Origin: an uncultured Chloroflexia bacterium
GTDB lineage: Bacteria > Chloroflexota > Limnocylindria > Limnocylindrales > CSP1-4
DNA: 64,000 nt
Assembly: GCA_963763775.1 (NCBI GenBank)
Contig: CAVXPZ010000003.1
Span: forward strand, 807,679 to 871,678
Reading direction: 5' to 3'
Below, piece after piece: positions 40,289 through 51,405 of this stretch (its first letter is position 1; each line of letters starts with the position of its first letter). Both the position numbers and the translations under genes were made by a program. Below the pieces are notes generated by a model that worked only from the letters and a program-made list of their open reading frames with translations, did no database searches and was not told the origin of the DNA.

Positions 40289-41476
40289 TCAGCCCTTGAT
40301 CTCGGTCCAGGCCTTGATCCAGTCGTCGAAGCCCTTGCACTTCACGTCGGTGCGTCCGTCGACACAGTCCGTGGTCGGGGTCTGCCAATACCAGACGTCC
40401 TTCCAGAAGGCGTCATCGTTCGCATGGAAGATCGTGCAGTGGTTCGGGTCGGCGGTCAGCGCGCACGACTTCGAGTTGCCCGGCGCCTCGCCGAACCACT
40501 CGGCGATCTTGGCGTTGACCTCCGGCGAGGTCAGGTAGTCGATGTACGCGTACGCGCAGGCGAGGTTCTTGGTCTTCGAGTTGATCATCCAGGTGTCCGA
40601 CCAGCCCGTGGCGCCTTCCGGCGGCTTGACCACGTCGACCGGGACCTTGGGATCCTCGGCCTGCAGGAAGTTCGTGATGACCTGCCAGGTGGTGCCGACA
40701 TTCGACGTGCCCGCACGGAAGTCGTCCATCTGCTTGAGATAGTCGGTCCAGTACTGCGTGACCATCGGCTTCTGCTGCTTGAGCAGGTCGACGGCCGCGG
40801 CGAACTGGGTGTCGTCGAGGGCGTACGGGTTCTTGATCCCGAGCTCCGGCTTGGTCGACATGAGGACCACCGCCGCGTCCGCGATGTAGATCGGGGCGTC
40901 GTAGATGCTCACCTTGTAGCCGTTGGCCGGGTCGAACATCTGGGCCCATGTCGTCGGGGCGGGGTTGACGTTGTCGGTGCGCCACATCAGGAGGTTCGAG
41001 CCGCGGCCGTGGGGCACGCCGTAGGCCACGCCGTCGACGGTGTTGTACGGCTTGTTCTTGAGGGCATCGAAGATGTCCGGGTAGTTCTTGAAGAGCGAAA
41101 GGTTCACCGGCTGGACGAAGCCGCCGCGGATGAGCCGCAGGCTGGCGTCGCCGGACGCCGAGACGACGTCGAACTGCTCGGGGTTGGTCGAGAACAGGGT
41201 GTATGCCTCGTCCGAGGTCCCGAAGATCTGCGGGTTGACCTTGCACCCGCTCTTCGTCTGGAAGTCCGTCACCCAGTCGATATCAGGCTGCGTCGAGCCG
41301 TTCTCCACGTAGCCCGGCCACGCGAGGACGTTGATGCTCTGGCCCTGGGTGCTGCCGAGCTCGGTGGGCAGGCTCGGGGCCGGTGAGCCGCTCGCCGCAC
41401 CCCCGCCGCTGCTGCTACAGGCGCTGATGACGATCGCCGCCACCGCGACGAGCGCCGAGACTCCACGGATCCGCAT
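40289..41476 (-). CDS. polyamine ABC transporter substrate-binding lipoprotein (PotD/YdcS-like)
   Basis: Lipobox ISAC, AWPGY, SGDASLRLI, PEGATGWSDTWM. Confidence 0.9.
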   Translation of the reverse strand: MRIRGVSALVAVAAIVISACSSSGGGAASGSPAPSLPTELGSTQGQSINVLAWPGYVENGSTQPDIDWVTDFQTKSGCKVNPQIFGTSDEAYTLFSTNPEQFDVVSASGDASLRLIRGGFVQPVNLSLFKNYPDIFDALKNKPYNTVDGVAYGVPHGRGSNLLMWRTDNVNPAPTTWAQMFDPANGYKVSIYDAPIYIADAAVVLMSTKPELGIKNPYALDDTQFAAAVDLLKQQKPMVTQYWTDYLKQMDDFRAGTSNVGTTWQVITNFLQAEDPKVPVDVVKPPEGATGWSDTWMINSKTKNLACAYAYIDYLTSPEVNAKIAEWFGEAPGNSKSCALTADPNHCTIFHANDDAFWKDVWYWQTPTTDCVDGRTDVKCKGFDDWIKAWTEIKG

Positions 41477-41496
41477 GTGCTCCTCCTCCTCCGACG

Positions 41497-42654
41497 TCAG
41501 GACCCATCCGCGATGGGCAGTGCGTGCTGTCGCTTCCATACGAGGCGGACAGCCTTGCCTTGCTGCGCGAGTGCCTCCGTCGACGAGGTCGACAGGTTCT
41601 GCTGCGTGACGACGAGCCGGGCGCCGGCGTCGAGCATCACGACGTACCGCGTATCCGAGCCCAGGTAGACCACGTCGAGGATGTGGCCGTCCGCCGCCGA
41701 CTCATCCGGGCCCACCGGCGCGTCGGGCTCGGCCAGGTGGATCTTCTCCGGCCGGATGGTGTAGGTGCCCGATCGTCCGATGATCGCCGTCGCCACGTCC
41801 CCGCTGAGCAGGTTCGATGTCCCGACGAACCCGGCCACGAAGCGGGTCGTCGGATGCTCGTAGACCTCGGCGGGCGCCCCGACCTGCTCGATCCGTCCGG
41901 CATTGAACACCGCGAGGCGGTCGCTCATCGTGAGCGCCTCCTCCTGGTCGTGGGTCACGTAGATGAACGTGATCCCGACCTGCTGCTGGATCGCCTTGAG
42001 CTCGATCTGCATCTCCTCGCGGAGCTTCAGGTCCAGGGCGCCGAGCGGCTCGTCGAGCAGGAGCACGCGCGGTCGATTGACGAGCGCGCGGGCGAGCGCC
42101 ACCCGCTGGCGCTGCCCACCGGACAGCTGCCCGGGCTTGCGGTCGTCGTAGCCGTCGAGTCGGACCATCCGCAGCGCCTCGGTCACGCGCGCCGCCCGCT
42201 CGGGCTTCGGGACCTTCTTGACCATCAGCCCGTACCCGACGTTCTCGCCGACCGTCATGTGCGGGAACAGGGCGTAGTCCTGGAAGACCGTGTTGACGTC
42301 CCGGTCGAACGGCGGCACCTGCGTCACGTCCACGCCGTGCAGGAGGATCCGGCCGGCGGTCGGCAGCTCGAACCCCGCGATCATCCGGAGGGTCGTCGTC
42401 TTGCCGGAGCCCGACGGCCCCAGCATCGAGAAGAACTCGCCGTCGGCGATGTCGAGGTCGATGCCGGCGACCGCGGTGATCCGGCCGTCGGCCCCGGGTG
42501 GGATGAACTTCGCGACGCGACGTCCCGTGTCGTCGTCCCCGAAGGTCTTCACGACCCCTTCGAGGCGGACGGCGACGGACCGTGCGGCGGCGTCCGGGGC
42601 TCCGGCGGCGGTCGAGTTCGCGGTCGACGTCGAGACGGGGGTCGGGATCGCCAA
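41497..42654 (-). CDS. potA: polyamine ABC transporter ATP-binding protein
   Basis: [41 protein letters not shown] tail; TTG start after GAGGAG. Confidence 0.92.
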   Translation of the reverse strand: MAIPTPVSTSTANSTAAGAPDAAARSVAVRLEGVVKTFGDDDTGRRVAKFIPPGADGRITAVAGIDLDIADGEFFSMLGPSGSGKTTTLRMIAGFELPTAGRILLHGVDVTQVPPFDRDVNTVFQDYALFPHMTVGENVGYGLMVKKVPKPERAARVTEALRMVRLDGYDDRKPGQLSGGQRQRVALARALVNRPRVLLLDEPLGALDLKLREEMQIELKAIQQQVGITFIYVTHDQEEALTMSDRLAVFNAGRIEQVGAPAEVYEHPTTRFVAGFVGTSNLLSGDVATAIIGRSGTYTIRPEKIHLAEPDAPVGPDESAADGHILDVVYLGSDTRYVVMLDAGARLVVTQQNLSTSSTEALAQQGKAVRLVWKRQHALPIADGS

Positions 42655-42801
42655 GCGGCTCCTCGCGGCGCAGTGACCGATCTCGCGGTGACGGGTCACG
42701 GCAGAGTGCGGTCGGTCGACGCTGTGTGTCAAGGCGATGCGGCCGACGTTCCGGCGACCGCGCCCGGGCCGCGCTCGCGGCGGCGCCCCTAGACTTCGCG
42801 C

Positions 42802-43341
42802 GTGTCCCGGCTCCCCCTCGTCCGTCTCCTGCTCGTCGCCGCGATGCTCGCGGTCGTGGCGGCCTGTGACGCGGGTCCCGTGCCGGCCACGCCGAAGCCC
42901 GTCGCGGGCACGCCCGAGTCGCCGCGCGAGGTCAACCTCATCGCGAAGGACTACAGCTTCCTGCCCGCTGTCCTGGACCTCGTCCCGGGCGAGACGATCC
43001 TGCTGCACGTCATCAACGGCGGACTCGAGGTCCACGAGGCCGTGATCGGGCCCGGTGCGGTCCAGGCCGCATGGGAGCTCGCCGAGGGCGCCACGGTCGG
43101 CGCGCCACCCGGCCCGACGCCGGTCGTCTCGGTGCCGCCGGACGTCGCCGGCTTGCGCGTCGTCGTCGCCTCGGGACAACGGGTCGACGTCCGCTGGACC
43201 GTGCCCGTCGACGTGCCGCCCGACGACCCAGCCGCGACCGCCCCGAACATGGCGACCTGGCTGGTCGGGTGCCACATCCCCAACCACTGGGCGAAGGGCA
43301 TGTGGATCCCCGTCCGGTGGGTCGCTAACCAGGCGCCCTGA
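42802..43341 (+). CDS. cupredoxin-like lipoprotein
   Basis: Lipobox [22 protein letters not shown] type-1 Cu ligands. Confidence 0.8.
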   Translation: MSRLPLVRLLLVAAMLAVVAACDAGPVPATPKPVAGTPESPREVNLIAKDYSFLPAVLDLVPGETILLHVINGGLEVHEAVIGPGAVQAAWELAEGATVGAPPGPTPVVSVPPDVAGLRVVVASGQRVDVRWTVPVDVPPDDPAATAPNMATWLVGCHIPNHWAKGMWIPVRWVANQAP

Positions 43342-43414
43342 GCGTGCGCGGTGGTACGCTCCGCGCTGCACGAGCCCAAGCCCGCCGTGCGTCATCGACT
43401 CGAGGAGGACCCGC

Positions 43415-43705
43415 ATGGCCTACGTGATCGCCGAGCCGTGCATCGACGTGCTCGACGTCTCGTGCGTCTCCGTCTGCCCGGTCGACTGCATCCACTATGA
43501 CGAGGGCGTGGACCGCAAGCTGTTCATCGACCCGAACGAATGCATCGACTGCGGCGCGTGTGAGCCCGAATGCCCCGTCAACGCGATCTTCCCCGAGGAG
43601 TCGCTGCCGACCGAGTGGGCCGGCTACACCGCCATCGATGCGACGTGGTTCACGGACAAGGCGGCGGCCCGAGCGGCCGTCGACGAGGCCAAACCCTCCA
43701 GCTGA
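43415..43705 (+). CDS. fdxA: 7Fe-type ferredoxin
   Basis: [31 protein letters not shown]; GAGGAGG RBS. Confidence 0.92.
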   Translation: MAYVIAEPCIDVLDVSCVSVCPVDCIHYDEGVDRKLFIDPNECIDCGACEPECPVNAIFPEESLPTEWAGYTAIDATWFTDKAAARAAVDEAKPSS

Positions 43706-43783
43706 TGGCTCGCAGGAGCGTCGCCTCAGCCATCGGGGCGCGAGGATCAGCTCCCCGTTGAGGGTGGCAAGACCACATCCCGT

Positions 43784-44713
43784 ATGCGCATCGTCTCGCT
43801 CCTGCCCTCCGCCACCGAGATCGTCTGCGCCATCGGGCTGGGTGACGAGCTGGTGGGGGTGACGCACGAGTGCGACTGGCCTCCGGAGGTCATCGGCAAG
43901 CCGGTCATGACCAGGAGCGTCCACGATCTCGAGGACGCCCGGTCGCGCGACATCCATCGCCTGGTCACCGCGTCGATGCACGGCGGGTCATCCCTGTACG
44001 CGCTCGACGAGGAGGCCCTGGCGGCCGCCGACCCCGACCTGATCCTGACCCAGGAGCTGTGCCGCGTCTGCGCGGTGAGCTACCGCGAGGTCAACGAGGT
44101 CGCCCGGGCGATCGACGCGGACATCACGGTCATCTCGCTCGAGCCGACCTCCATCGAGGGCATCCTGCACTCGATCACCACCGTCGGCGCGATGACGGAG
44201 GCCGAGGACGACGCGATCGACCTCGTCGAATCGATGCGTGAGCGGCTCGGCGTCGTGGAGGCGAAGGTCGCGTCCCGGCGCGAAGGTGGACGTCCCCCGA
44301 TCAGGGTCGCGAGCCTGGAATGGCTCGATCCGCCGTTCGCGGCGGGGCACTGGGTCCCCGAGCAGGTCCGCCGCGCCGGTGGCTGGGACGTGCTGGGCGC
44401 CGAGGGCGACCGATCGTCGGAGACATCGTGGGACGCCGTCGCGGAAGTCGACCCCGAGGTCCTCATCCTCATGCCGTGCGGATTCCATCTGCGGGAGACC
44501 GTCGACGAGTGGGCGCAGACGCCGCGCCCAGCGTGGTATCGGGACCTGCCTGCCGTGCGGAGCGGTCAGGTGTTCGCGGTCGACGGTTCCTCGTACTTCA
44601 GTCGCCCTGGTCCGCGCGTGATCGACGGCATCGAGCTGCTCGCCGAGATCCTGGACCCTGACGGGTTCGAGGACGTCGCCCCGATCGGGTCGTGGACCCC
44701 CATCACGAGCTGA
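43784..44713 (+). CDS. cobalamin/iron-binding-protein-like (BtuF-type fold)
   Basis: MRIVSLLPSATE, GVTHECD, TQELC.VCAV, EWLDP..GHWVPE, FSRPGPR. Confidence 0.85.
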   Translation: MRIVSLLPSATEIVCAIGLGDELVGVTHECDWPPEVIGKPVMTRSVHDLEDARSRDIHRLVTASMHGGSSLYALDEEALAAADPDLILTQELCRVCAVSYREVNEVARAIDADITVISLEPTSIEGILHSITTVGAMTEAEDDAIDLVESMRERLGVVEAKVASRREGGRPPIRVASLEWLDPPFAAGHWVPEQVRRAGGWDVLGAEGDRSSETSWDAVAEVDPEVLILMPCGFHLRETVDEWAQTPRPAWYRDLPAVRSGQVFAVDGSSYFSRPGPRVIDGIELLAEILDPDGFEDVAPIGSWTPITS

Positions 44714-44753
44714 TGACCGGCGCACGCTCGCGTCCGGTCGGCTGACCCGGCAG

Positions 44754-45719
44754 ATGCCGTTCCGGCCGACATTCGACTGCCTGTGGTGCGGCGCGCCGCA
44801 CACGTGCCGCGGCCCCGACGATCTCGAGGGCTGGGCGATGCTCTGCCCGGACTGTCTCGGCAAGGCCGGCGACAACGGGTTCCTGCGGTTCCGCCTCCGG
44901 CAGGCCATCGAAGAGCGAGGCCGAGCATCCGCGCCGCCGGCCGACGCGGCCGCGGCCGAAGCCGCCGCGGCGCCCGCACCCGCGTCGATCGCGCCCGCCA
45001 CGGCGCCCGCGCCCGCGCCCGAGGGCCAGCGGCGGCCACCCTCGATCCCGAGGCTGCCCTGATCCCGTACTACGACGCCCGGGCGGCGGAGTACGACGAC
45101 TGGTACCTCCGTCGCGGGCGCTATGCGCGCGGCCCGATCCACGACGCCGCGTGGGATGCCGAGCTCGACGCCGCCGGCCGGTGGCTCGACGCGCTGCCGC
45201 TCCGCGGCGAGATCGTCGACCTCGCGGCCGGGACCGGCTGGTGGTCCACGCTGCTCGCCGGCAAGGGCGAGCTCTCCCTCTACGACGCCAACGCGGCACC
45301 CCTCGAGCGGGCCCGCGACCGGCTCGTGGCCCACGGCCTCCGGGCGCACCTCCACGTCCGCGACGCGTGGGCCGAGCCGGATCGCCCGGTCGATGCCGTG
45401 TTCACCAGCTTCTGGCTGAGCCACGTCCCGAGGTCCCGCCTGCCCGGAGTTCCTCGCGCTCGTGCGCCGATGGCTCAAGCCCGGCGGTCGGTTCGCCTTC
45501 ATCGACTCGCGGCCCGACCCGCAGTCGTCCGCGGCGGACCACCCCACGCCGACGGACGACGTCTCGGTGCGTCGCCTGGACGACGGCCGCGAGTTCACGA
45601 TCGTCAAGGTCTACTACACGGCCGAGGAACTCGCGGCGGCGTTGGCGGCTGCCGGGTTCGCCGACGCCGCCGTCACGCAGACCGGGCGCTTCTTCCTCCT
45701 CGGGTCCGCGACGGCCTGA
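44754..45719 (+). CDS. zinc-ribbon plus class I SAM-dependent methyltransferase (two frameshifts)
   Basis: CLWC...CPDC, Ala/Pro linker, YYDARA.EYD, VDLAAGTGWW, FWLSHVP, LKPGG, F.IVKVY. Confidence 0.75.
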
Positions 45720-45805
45720 CAGCGGGCCGCGGCCGACGGACCGGCGGCCGAGACGACGCCCGACGGCCACCGACCGGCAGGGCGCCGCGTGCGATACTCC
45801 GGCCG

Positions 45806-46675
45806 ATGTCCCCCCTCTCGAAGGCCACCATCGCGACCGTCGGCTCCGGCGTCATGGCCGAGGCGATGATCGCCGGCCTCCTCCGCGGCCAGCTGGTCGA
45901 GCCGAGGCAGGTCGTCGCCAGCCACCCGCGCGCCGAGCGCCGTGAGCACCTCGAGCGCGAGTACGGGATCCGGACCGTCGCGAGCAACATCGACGCCGTG
46001 ACAGGCGCCGACGTGATCCTCTTCGGGATCAAGCCCCAGATGCTCGGCAAGGTCGGCCGCGAGATCGGGCCGAAGCTCCGCCGCGGCCAACTCGTCCTGA
46101 GCGTCCTCGCCGGCGCCACGACCAAGGCCCTGACCGAGATCCTCGGCCACGACCAGGTCGTTCGGAGCATGCCGAACACGCCGGCGCGGCTGGGCAAGGG
46201 GATGACGGTCTGGTACGCGACGCCCGAGACGACCGAGGCCCAGCGGGCGCAGGCGGGCGCCCTCCTCGGGGCCCTCGGCATGCAGCTCGAGGTCGACGAC
46301 GAGAAGATGGTCGCGATGGCGACCGCGGTCAGCGGCACCGGACCGACCTACGTGTTCCTCGTGATGGAGGCGCTCATCGACGCCGCGGTGCACCTCGGGT
46401 TCCCGCGGCACATCGCGCACGACCTGGTCATCGAGACGCTCGAGGGTTCGACGCTCTTCGCGAAGCAGTCCGGCATGCATCCCGCGGAGCTGCGGAACAT
46501 GGTGACCTCGCCCGGTGGCACGTCGGCGGCGGCGCTCCACGAACTCGAATCCGGGCGGCTGCGGACGGTCCTGTCCGAGGCCGTCTGGGCGGCGTTCCGG
46601 CGGACCAACGAACTGGGCGAGCAACTGGAGCGCTCGGCGTCGGAGTCGGCGCCGAGGAAGCGCGGAGGTTCATGA
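45806..46675 (+). CDS. proC: pyrroline-5-carboxylate reductase
   Basis: GSGVMA, IKPQ, RSMPNTP, SGTGP, VTSPGGTS. Confidence 0.95.
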   Translation: MSPLSKATIATVGSGVMAEAMIAGLLRGQLVEPRQVVASHPRAERREHLEREYGIRTVASNIDAVTGADVILFGIKPQMLGKVGREIGPKLRRGQLVLSVLAGATTKALTEILGHDQVVRSMPNTPARLGKGMTVWYATPETTEAQRAQAGALLGALGMQLEVDDEKMVAMATAVSGTGPTYVFLVMEALIDAAVHLGFPRHIAHDLVIETLEGSTLFAKQSGMHPAELRNMVTSPGGTSAAALHELESGRLRTVLSEAVWAAFRRTNELGEQLERSASESAPRKRGGS

Positions 46676-47736
46676 GCGCCGTCCCCGACACGCTCCCGCG
46701 AGACCTCCGTCGGGCGTCGCTGCCCGCGCTCCGGGCGCTCGACCTTCGCGCCCCGGACCGCGACCTCTGGGCGGACGAGGCGGCGATGTGGGACCGGATG
46801 CTGGCGCACTGGGCCGGCCTCGATGACGCGGCGTGGCACCTCCCCGGAGCGGCGCCGTCGGACGCCGGTGGCCCGGACTGGTCGCTTGCTGAGCACGTCG
46901 GGCACATCGCGGCCTGGCAGGAGCTGGCGATCGAGTACATCGGGGCGGCGATCTCGACGGGACGATGGCCTTCGGATGACGGGTTCGACGGCGGCGACTT
47001 CGACACGTTCAACGAACGGCTCCGCGAACCGTGGGCGTCCATGCCGACCGCCGCGATCCTGGCTCGCCTGGAGGCGTCGCGCGCCGGCGTGCTGGCCGCC
47101 GCACAGCGCCTGTCGCCCGAGGAGATCCGGGCAGACGACGCCTGGTCGTGGGTCTACCTGACGATCCACGGGCACTACCTGGACCACGCGTCGATCATCG
47201 AGCCGTGGACCGACCAGCTTCGGGACCGACAGGTCGACGGGGACCCGTTCGTCGCGGATCCGCGGGCCGCGGACCACGCGGACTTCCGCGCCCAGGACGC
47301 GACGACCGAGGCCGACCTCGCGGCGATCGTCGCGGCCATCCCGCCGGCGCGCTTCGCTCGCGATGCGGTCACGCCCGGTTGGACCGCCCAGGACCACCTC
47401 GGTCACCTGGCGGACTGGGCCGATGAGGGTGTCCGGGCGATCGACGTCTACCACCGCCGCGGCCACTGGCTGTCCGACCCGGAGGAAGGCGTCGACGCCT
47501 GGAACGAGCGCATGGTCGCCGCCTCCCGGGGCGAGGCGCCCGACGCCACGCACGCGCGGTACCGGCGCGCCCACGAGGCACTCCTCGCGGCCATCGACAC
47601 GCTGACCGTCGACGAGCTGCGCAGCCCGGACGGCTGGAGCTGGGCGTACGACTGCCTGTATGGGCACGTGCGAAAGCACACCGCGATGCTGGGACCCTGG
47701 GCCGCGGCCGCCACCTGGCCGGACCCGGAGGGCTGA
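46672..47736 (+). CDS. tandem DinB/MDMPI-like domain protein
   Basis: Two repeats of W(S/T)..(E/D)H.GH.A.W ... (F/W)NER ... GH..(D/K)H. Confidence 0.8.
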   Translation: MSAVPDTLPRDLRRASLPALRALDLRAPDRDLWADEAAMWDRMLAHWAGLDDAAWHLPGAAPSDAGGPDWSLAEHVGHIAAWQELAIEYIGAAISTGRWPSDDGFDGGDFDTFNERLREPWASMPTAAILARLEASRAGVLAAAQRLSPEEIRADDAWSWVYLTIHGHYLDHASIIEPWTDQLRDRQVDGDPFVADPRAADHADFRAQDATTEADLAAIVAAIPPARFARDAVTPGWTAQDHLGHLADWADEGVRAIDVYHRRGHWLSDPEEGVDAWNERMVAASRGEAPDATHARYRRAHEALLAAIDTLTVDELRSPDGWSWAYDCLYGHVRKHTAMLGPWAAAATWPDPEG

Positions 47737-49706
47737 TGGTCACCGAGCCCCGCACGCCGTCGGGCGGTCTGACGATCGAGGCGATCGTGGCGGTCGACCC
47801 GCCGCGGGAGTTCCGACTCCATCCCCGCGACCGGGCCATCGCGTACACGGCGGAGGCCGCCGGCGCGCGACAGCTGTTCACGGTCCCGCTGCGGGGCGGC
47901 TTCCCGACCCAGCTCACGGCGTCGCAGAAGTCGGTCTCGGATCCGCAGTGGTCGCCGGACGGGCGGCGCCTCGCCTACGTCCGCGACGACGAGCTCTGGG
48001 TCGTCGAGGCCGACGGCTCGAGGACCACGCGCGTGGTCGGCAAGCCCGGGGGTGCGCGATCACCGCGCTGGTCGCCCGACGGCCACCGGCTCGCCTTCCT
48101 GTCGCGCCGGCGCGGCTGGACGCAGGTCTGGCTGATCGATGCGCCGGTCCCGCGACGCGGCCGGCCCGCGCGGACCCGCGACCGCCCACGCCGACCGCCC
48201 TGACTCGCCCCGGCGTCGACATCGACGGGCTCGAGTGGTCGCCCGACGGGACGCGGATGGCGGTCACGGGCCGACTGCTCGACAACGACCCGGAGACATG
48301 GCAGATCGGCCTCGCCGACGTGGCGACCGGCGCGCTCGAGATCATCGCCGGCGAGCACAGCCTCGACACCGGCGCCCGCTGGGTCCGTGACGGCTCGCTG
48401 CTCTACATCTCGGACGCGGACGGCTGGTTCCAGGTCGTCCGTCGTTCTGCCGACGGCCGCGATCGCCTCGTGCTCACCGCCGGCGAACGCGAGCACGGCG
48501 AACCGACCGGGCGCCCCTGGTTCATCGCCCTCCCGTCGCCGGACGGCGCCCGGTTCGTCCACATCGAGGTCCACGACGGACTGTATCGACCTCGTCGTGG
48601 CCGACCTGTCCGGCGCGGTCGCGCCGAAGCGTGGTCGCGGCCGGCCGCCCAAGACCCCGCGCACCGTGTCGGCCACCTCGAGCGGGCAGCGGATCGACCC
48701 GTGGGACGGCGTCTGGCGACCCGTCGACTGGACGTCGGACGGTGCCTGGGTCGCCGCGACCGGCGAGAGCGAGACCCAGCCGCAGGACCTGTGGCTCCTG
48801 CCCGTCCCCGGCGTCGCCCCCGCCGACGCCCGACCACGACGGATCACCGACAGCCGTCCGGCCGTGCTGGCTGCCGCCCTGACCGCGGCCCGCGTCCCGG
48901 CCGGCGAACGCATCGTCGTGACGGCGCGCGACGGCCTTCGGTTGGAGGGCACACTCTGGCGGCCGGCCTCCGCCACGGGGAAGCGCGGCGGCCGTCGCGT
49001 GCCGGTGATCGTGTACCCGCATGGCGGCCCGACCGCACAGGCCTACCGGTCCTTCCAGCCCTTCAAGCTGCTGCTGACCGAGGCCGGGTTCGCGGTCCTC
49101 GACATCGACTTCCGCGGCTCGACGGGCTACGGCCGGAGCTTCCGGCACGCCAACCACAACGAATGGGGCCACGCCGACGTCCACGACGTCATCGATGCGG
49201 CCCGCTGGGCGAACGACCAGCCCTGGGCCGACGGGCGCCTCGCGGTCTGGGGCGGGTCCTACGGCGGGTACCTCGCCCTGTGTGCCCTCGTCGAGGAGCC
49301 GGACCTGTGGCGCGCGGGCGTGGACCTGTTCGGGGACTCGGAGATCGCCGAGAGCTATCGCCACGGCGACCGACCCGGCCGTCTCGACCTCCACCGGATG
49401 ATGGGCTCGCCGGACGAGCCCGGCCGCGCCGACCTGTACCGTCGCGGCTCCCCCGTCTACCGCGCGGAGCGCATCCAGGCCCCGGTGCTCATCCTCCACG
49501 GCCGGCGAGACAAGCGCGTCGTCCCGCTCATGACCGAGAAGATGGTCGAGGCCCTCGAGATCGAGGACAAGATCTACGAGGTCCACTGGTACGACGACGA
49601 GGGCCACGGCTGGGAGCGTCGCGAGAACCGGCGGGATGCCTTCGAGCGCATGCTCGCGTTCCTGCGCACGCACGTGCTCGACGAGCCGCCTCGGGACCGC
49701 GGCTAG
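47736..49706 (+). CDS. S9 family peptidase with PD40 propeller (frameshifts near 48180 and 48585)
   Basis: WSPDG repeats, HGGP, RGSTGYG, GGSYGG nucleophile, HG..D.RV, EGHG. Confidence 0.9.
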
Positions 49707-50236
49707 GCGTCGCTCCCGTCGGCCGTCGCGGCACCAGGGCCATCGGCCCGCTCGTCGCCGCCCGGCGCTGACATCGGCACCACGCTGATCGAGCCGTCGG
49801 TCTCGAGGACCGCGATCCGCACGTCCTCGATGCGCTCCAGGCCGCCGCGACGGACCGCGGCCCGGACGTCGTCCGGCTCGATGCCCTCCTCGCGGATCGC
49901 CCGCTGGAGCAGCTTGCCGTCGCGGATGAGCAGCCGGGGTTCGCCTTCGACGACACGACGGACGCGACGCGAGCGCTCCGCGAGCCGGCTGAGCCCGAGG
50001 TCGAGCGCGAGCAGGGTCAGCACCGCGACGAGGCCGCCCCAGACCGTCGAGTTCTCACCGACCATCGAGTTCTGGACCGCGTCGGAGATGATCAGGATGA
50101 CGACGAGCTCCAGGATCGAGAGCTGTCCCACCTGGCGTTTGCCCGACACGCGCAGGACGACGACCAGGAAGATGTAGACGATCGTCGTGCGGATGACGAT
50201 CTCGGGGAGGCTCGAGCCGATGTCCGGCAGGTTCAC
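49703..50236 (-). CDS. DUF421/YetF-family membrane protein
   Basis: RVSGKRQVGQLS, EGEPRLLIRDG, AVLETDGSISV. Confidence 0.88.
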   Translation of the reverse strand: MNLPDIGSSLPEIVIRTTIVYIFLVVVLRVSGKRQVGQLSILELVVILIISDAVQNSMVGENSTVWGGLVAVLTLLALDLGLSRLAERSRRVRRVVEGEPRLLIRDGKLLQRAIREEGIEPDDVRAAVRRGGLERIEDVRIAVLETDGSISVVPMSAPGGDERADGPGAATADGSDA

Positions 50237-50787
50237 AGCGGGCCTCCGGCGCGGCCGGCGGACGGCTCGCGGTCGCGGCGCATCGCGAGCGCGATCGTCG
50301 CGGCGATCCCGATCCCGATCAGGATGTCGCCGACGCTGAAGACGTTCGCGAACGGGAGCGACGCCGGGATCGCGAAGATGTCGGTGATGGGCCGGAGGGC
50401 GGGGTCGGTGACGACCGTGCTGTTCGTGAGGCCCTCGACCGTGATCCCGGCCGTCGTGAGGGCCGCGGGATCCGCGGGCATCCGTCCGCCGTTGGCGATG
50501 ATCGCCGCGAGGTTGCACGCGGCTCCGGCCGCGATGACCGCCACGCCCGGGATCGCGAGGTTGCGCAGGACGGCGACGAGGACCGCGATCCCCGACGCGA
50601 CGTAGAGCGCCGGGCCGGCGTCGCCGACGAGCGAGCCCACTGGCTCGGCGAAGATCAGGACCTGGACCAGGAAGCCGGCGACCGCGAGCCACGCCCAACG
50701 GATCCGGAGGCTCGCGAGCGCGCCGATATTCCCGCCGAGCAGCAGCCCCAGGACGATGCCGATCGGGATCGAGGCGAGGATGAACAT
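50233..50787 (-). CDS. DUF5317-family membrane protein
   Basis: LRIRWAWL, NLAAIIANGGRMP, ITDIF, FSVGDILI. Confidence 0.82.
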   Translation of the reverse strand: MFILASIPIGIVLGLLLGGNIGALASLRIRWAWLAVAGFLVQVLIFAEPVGSLVGDAGPALYVASGIAVLVAVLRNLAIPGVAVIAAGAACNLAAIIANGGRMPADPAALTTAGITVEGLTNSTVVTDPALRPITDIFAIPASLPFANVFSVGDILIGIGIAATIALAMRRDREPSAGRAGGPL

Positions 50788-50801
50788 CGGGCGATCGGCC
50801 G

Positions 50802-51311
50802 TCAGCCGGCGGCCGGGGTCACCCCCAGGATGATCTCGAGCTGGGCCGCGTGCTCGTCGAGGTGCCCGCCGATGAAGCGGGCCGCCCCGGCCGCCACCGT
50901 GATCTCGCCGCGCGACGGATGGAGGCCGACCCGTGCGCGTTCCGCCGTCGACCACGCCGCCCAATGGGCGAGGAACGCGTCCACGCGTTCGGCGATGGTC
51001 GCGAACAGCTCGTCGGGCGCGCGGTGACGCTCGCGACGGATGTAGGCGAGGCGATCAGCGTCCGTCGCGATGCGGCCGAACGGCACCGGCTCCGGCTCGT
51101 CCGAGGTCGCCACGTTGCCGAGTTCCGCGTCCCAGTAGCCGACCATCTCGGCGACGTGGGCGAGCAGCTCGGGCGGTCCCCAGGCGGCTTCGGGCGTGTG
51201 GTCGAACGTCGCCGCGAGCGGCCAGGGCGCCGTCGCCTCGACTCGCGGTCGGAGCGCCTCGAGCCGCGCTCGAGCGGCGATCAGCTGGTCGGTGACGTCG
51301 TCGTTCGGCAT
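50802..51311 (-). CDS. DinB-family protein
   Basis: WGPPELLAHVAE, GLHP.RG, HLDEHAAQL. Confidence 0.8.
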   Translation of the reverse strand: MPNDDVTDQLIAARARLEALRPRVEATAPWPLAATFDHTPEAAWGPPELLAHVAEMVGYWDAELGNVATSDEPEPVPFGRIATDADRLAYIRRERHRAPDELFATIAERVDAFLAHWAAWSTAERARVGLHPSRGEITVAAGAARFIGGHLDEHAAQLEIILGVTPAAG

Positions 51312-51405
51312 GCCGGCAGTGTCGCACGGCGGGGGTAGCATGGACGGCAACTTCCGACCGGGCCGCCCTCGGGCCGCCCGCCATCTCGCAGCATGGAGAC
51401 GCGCG

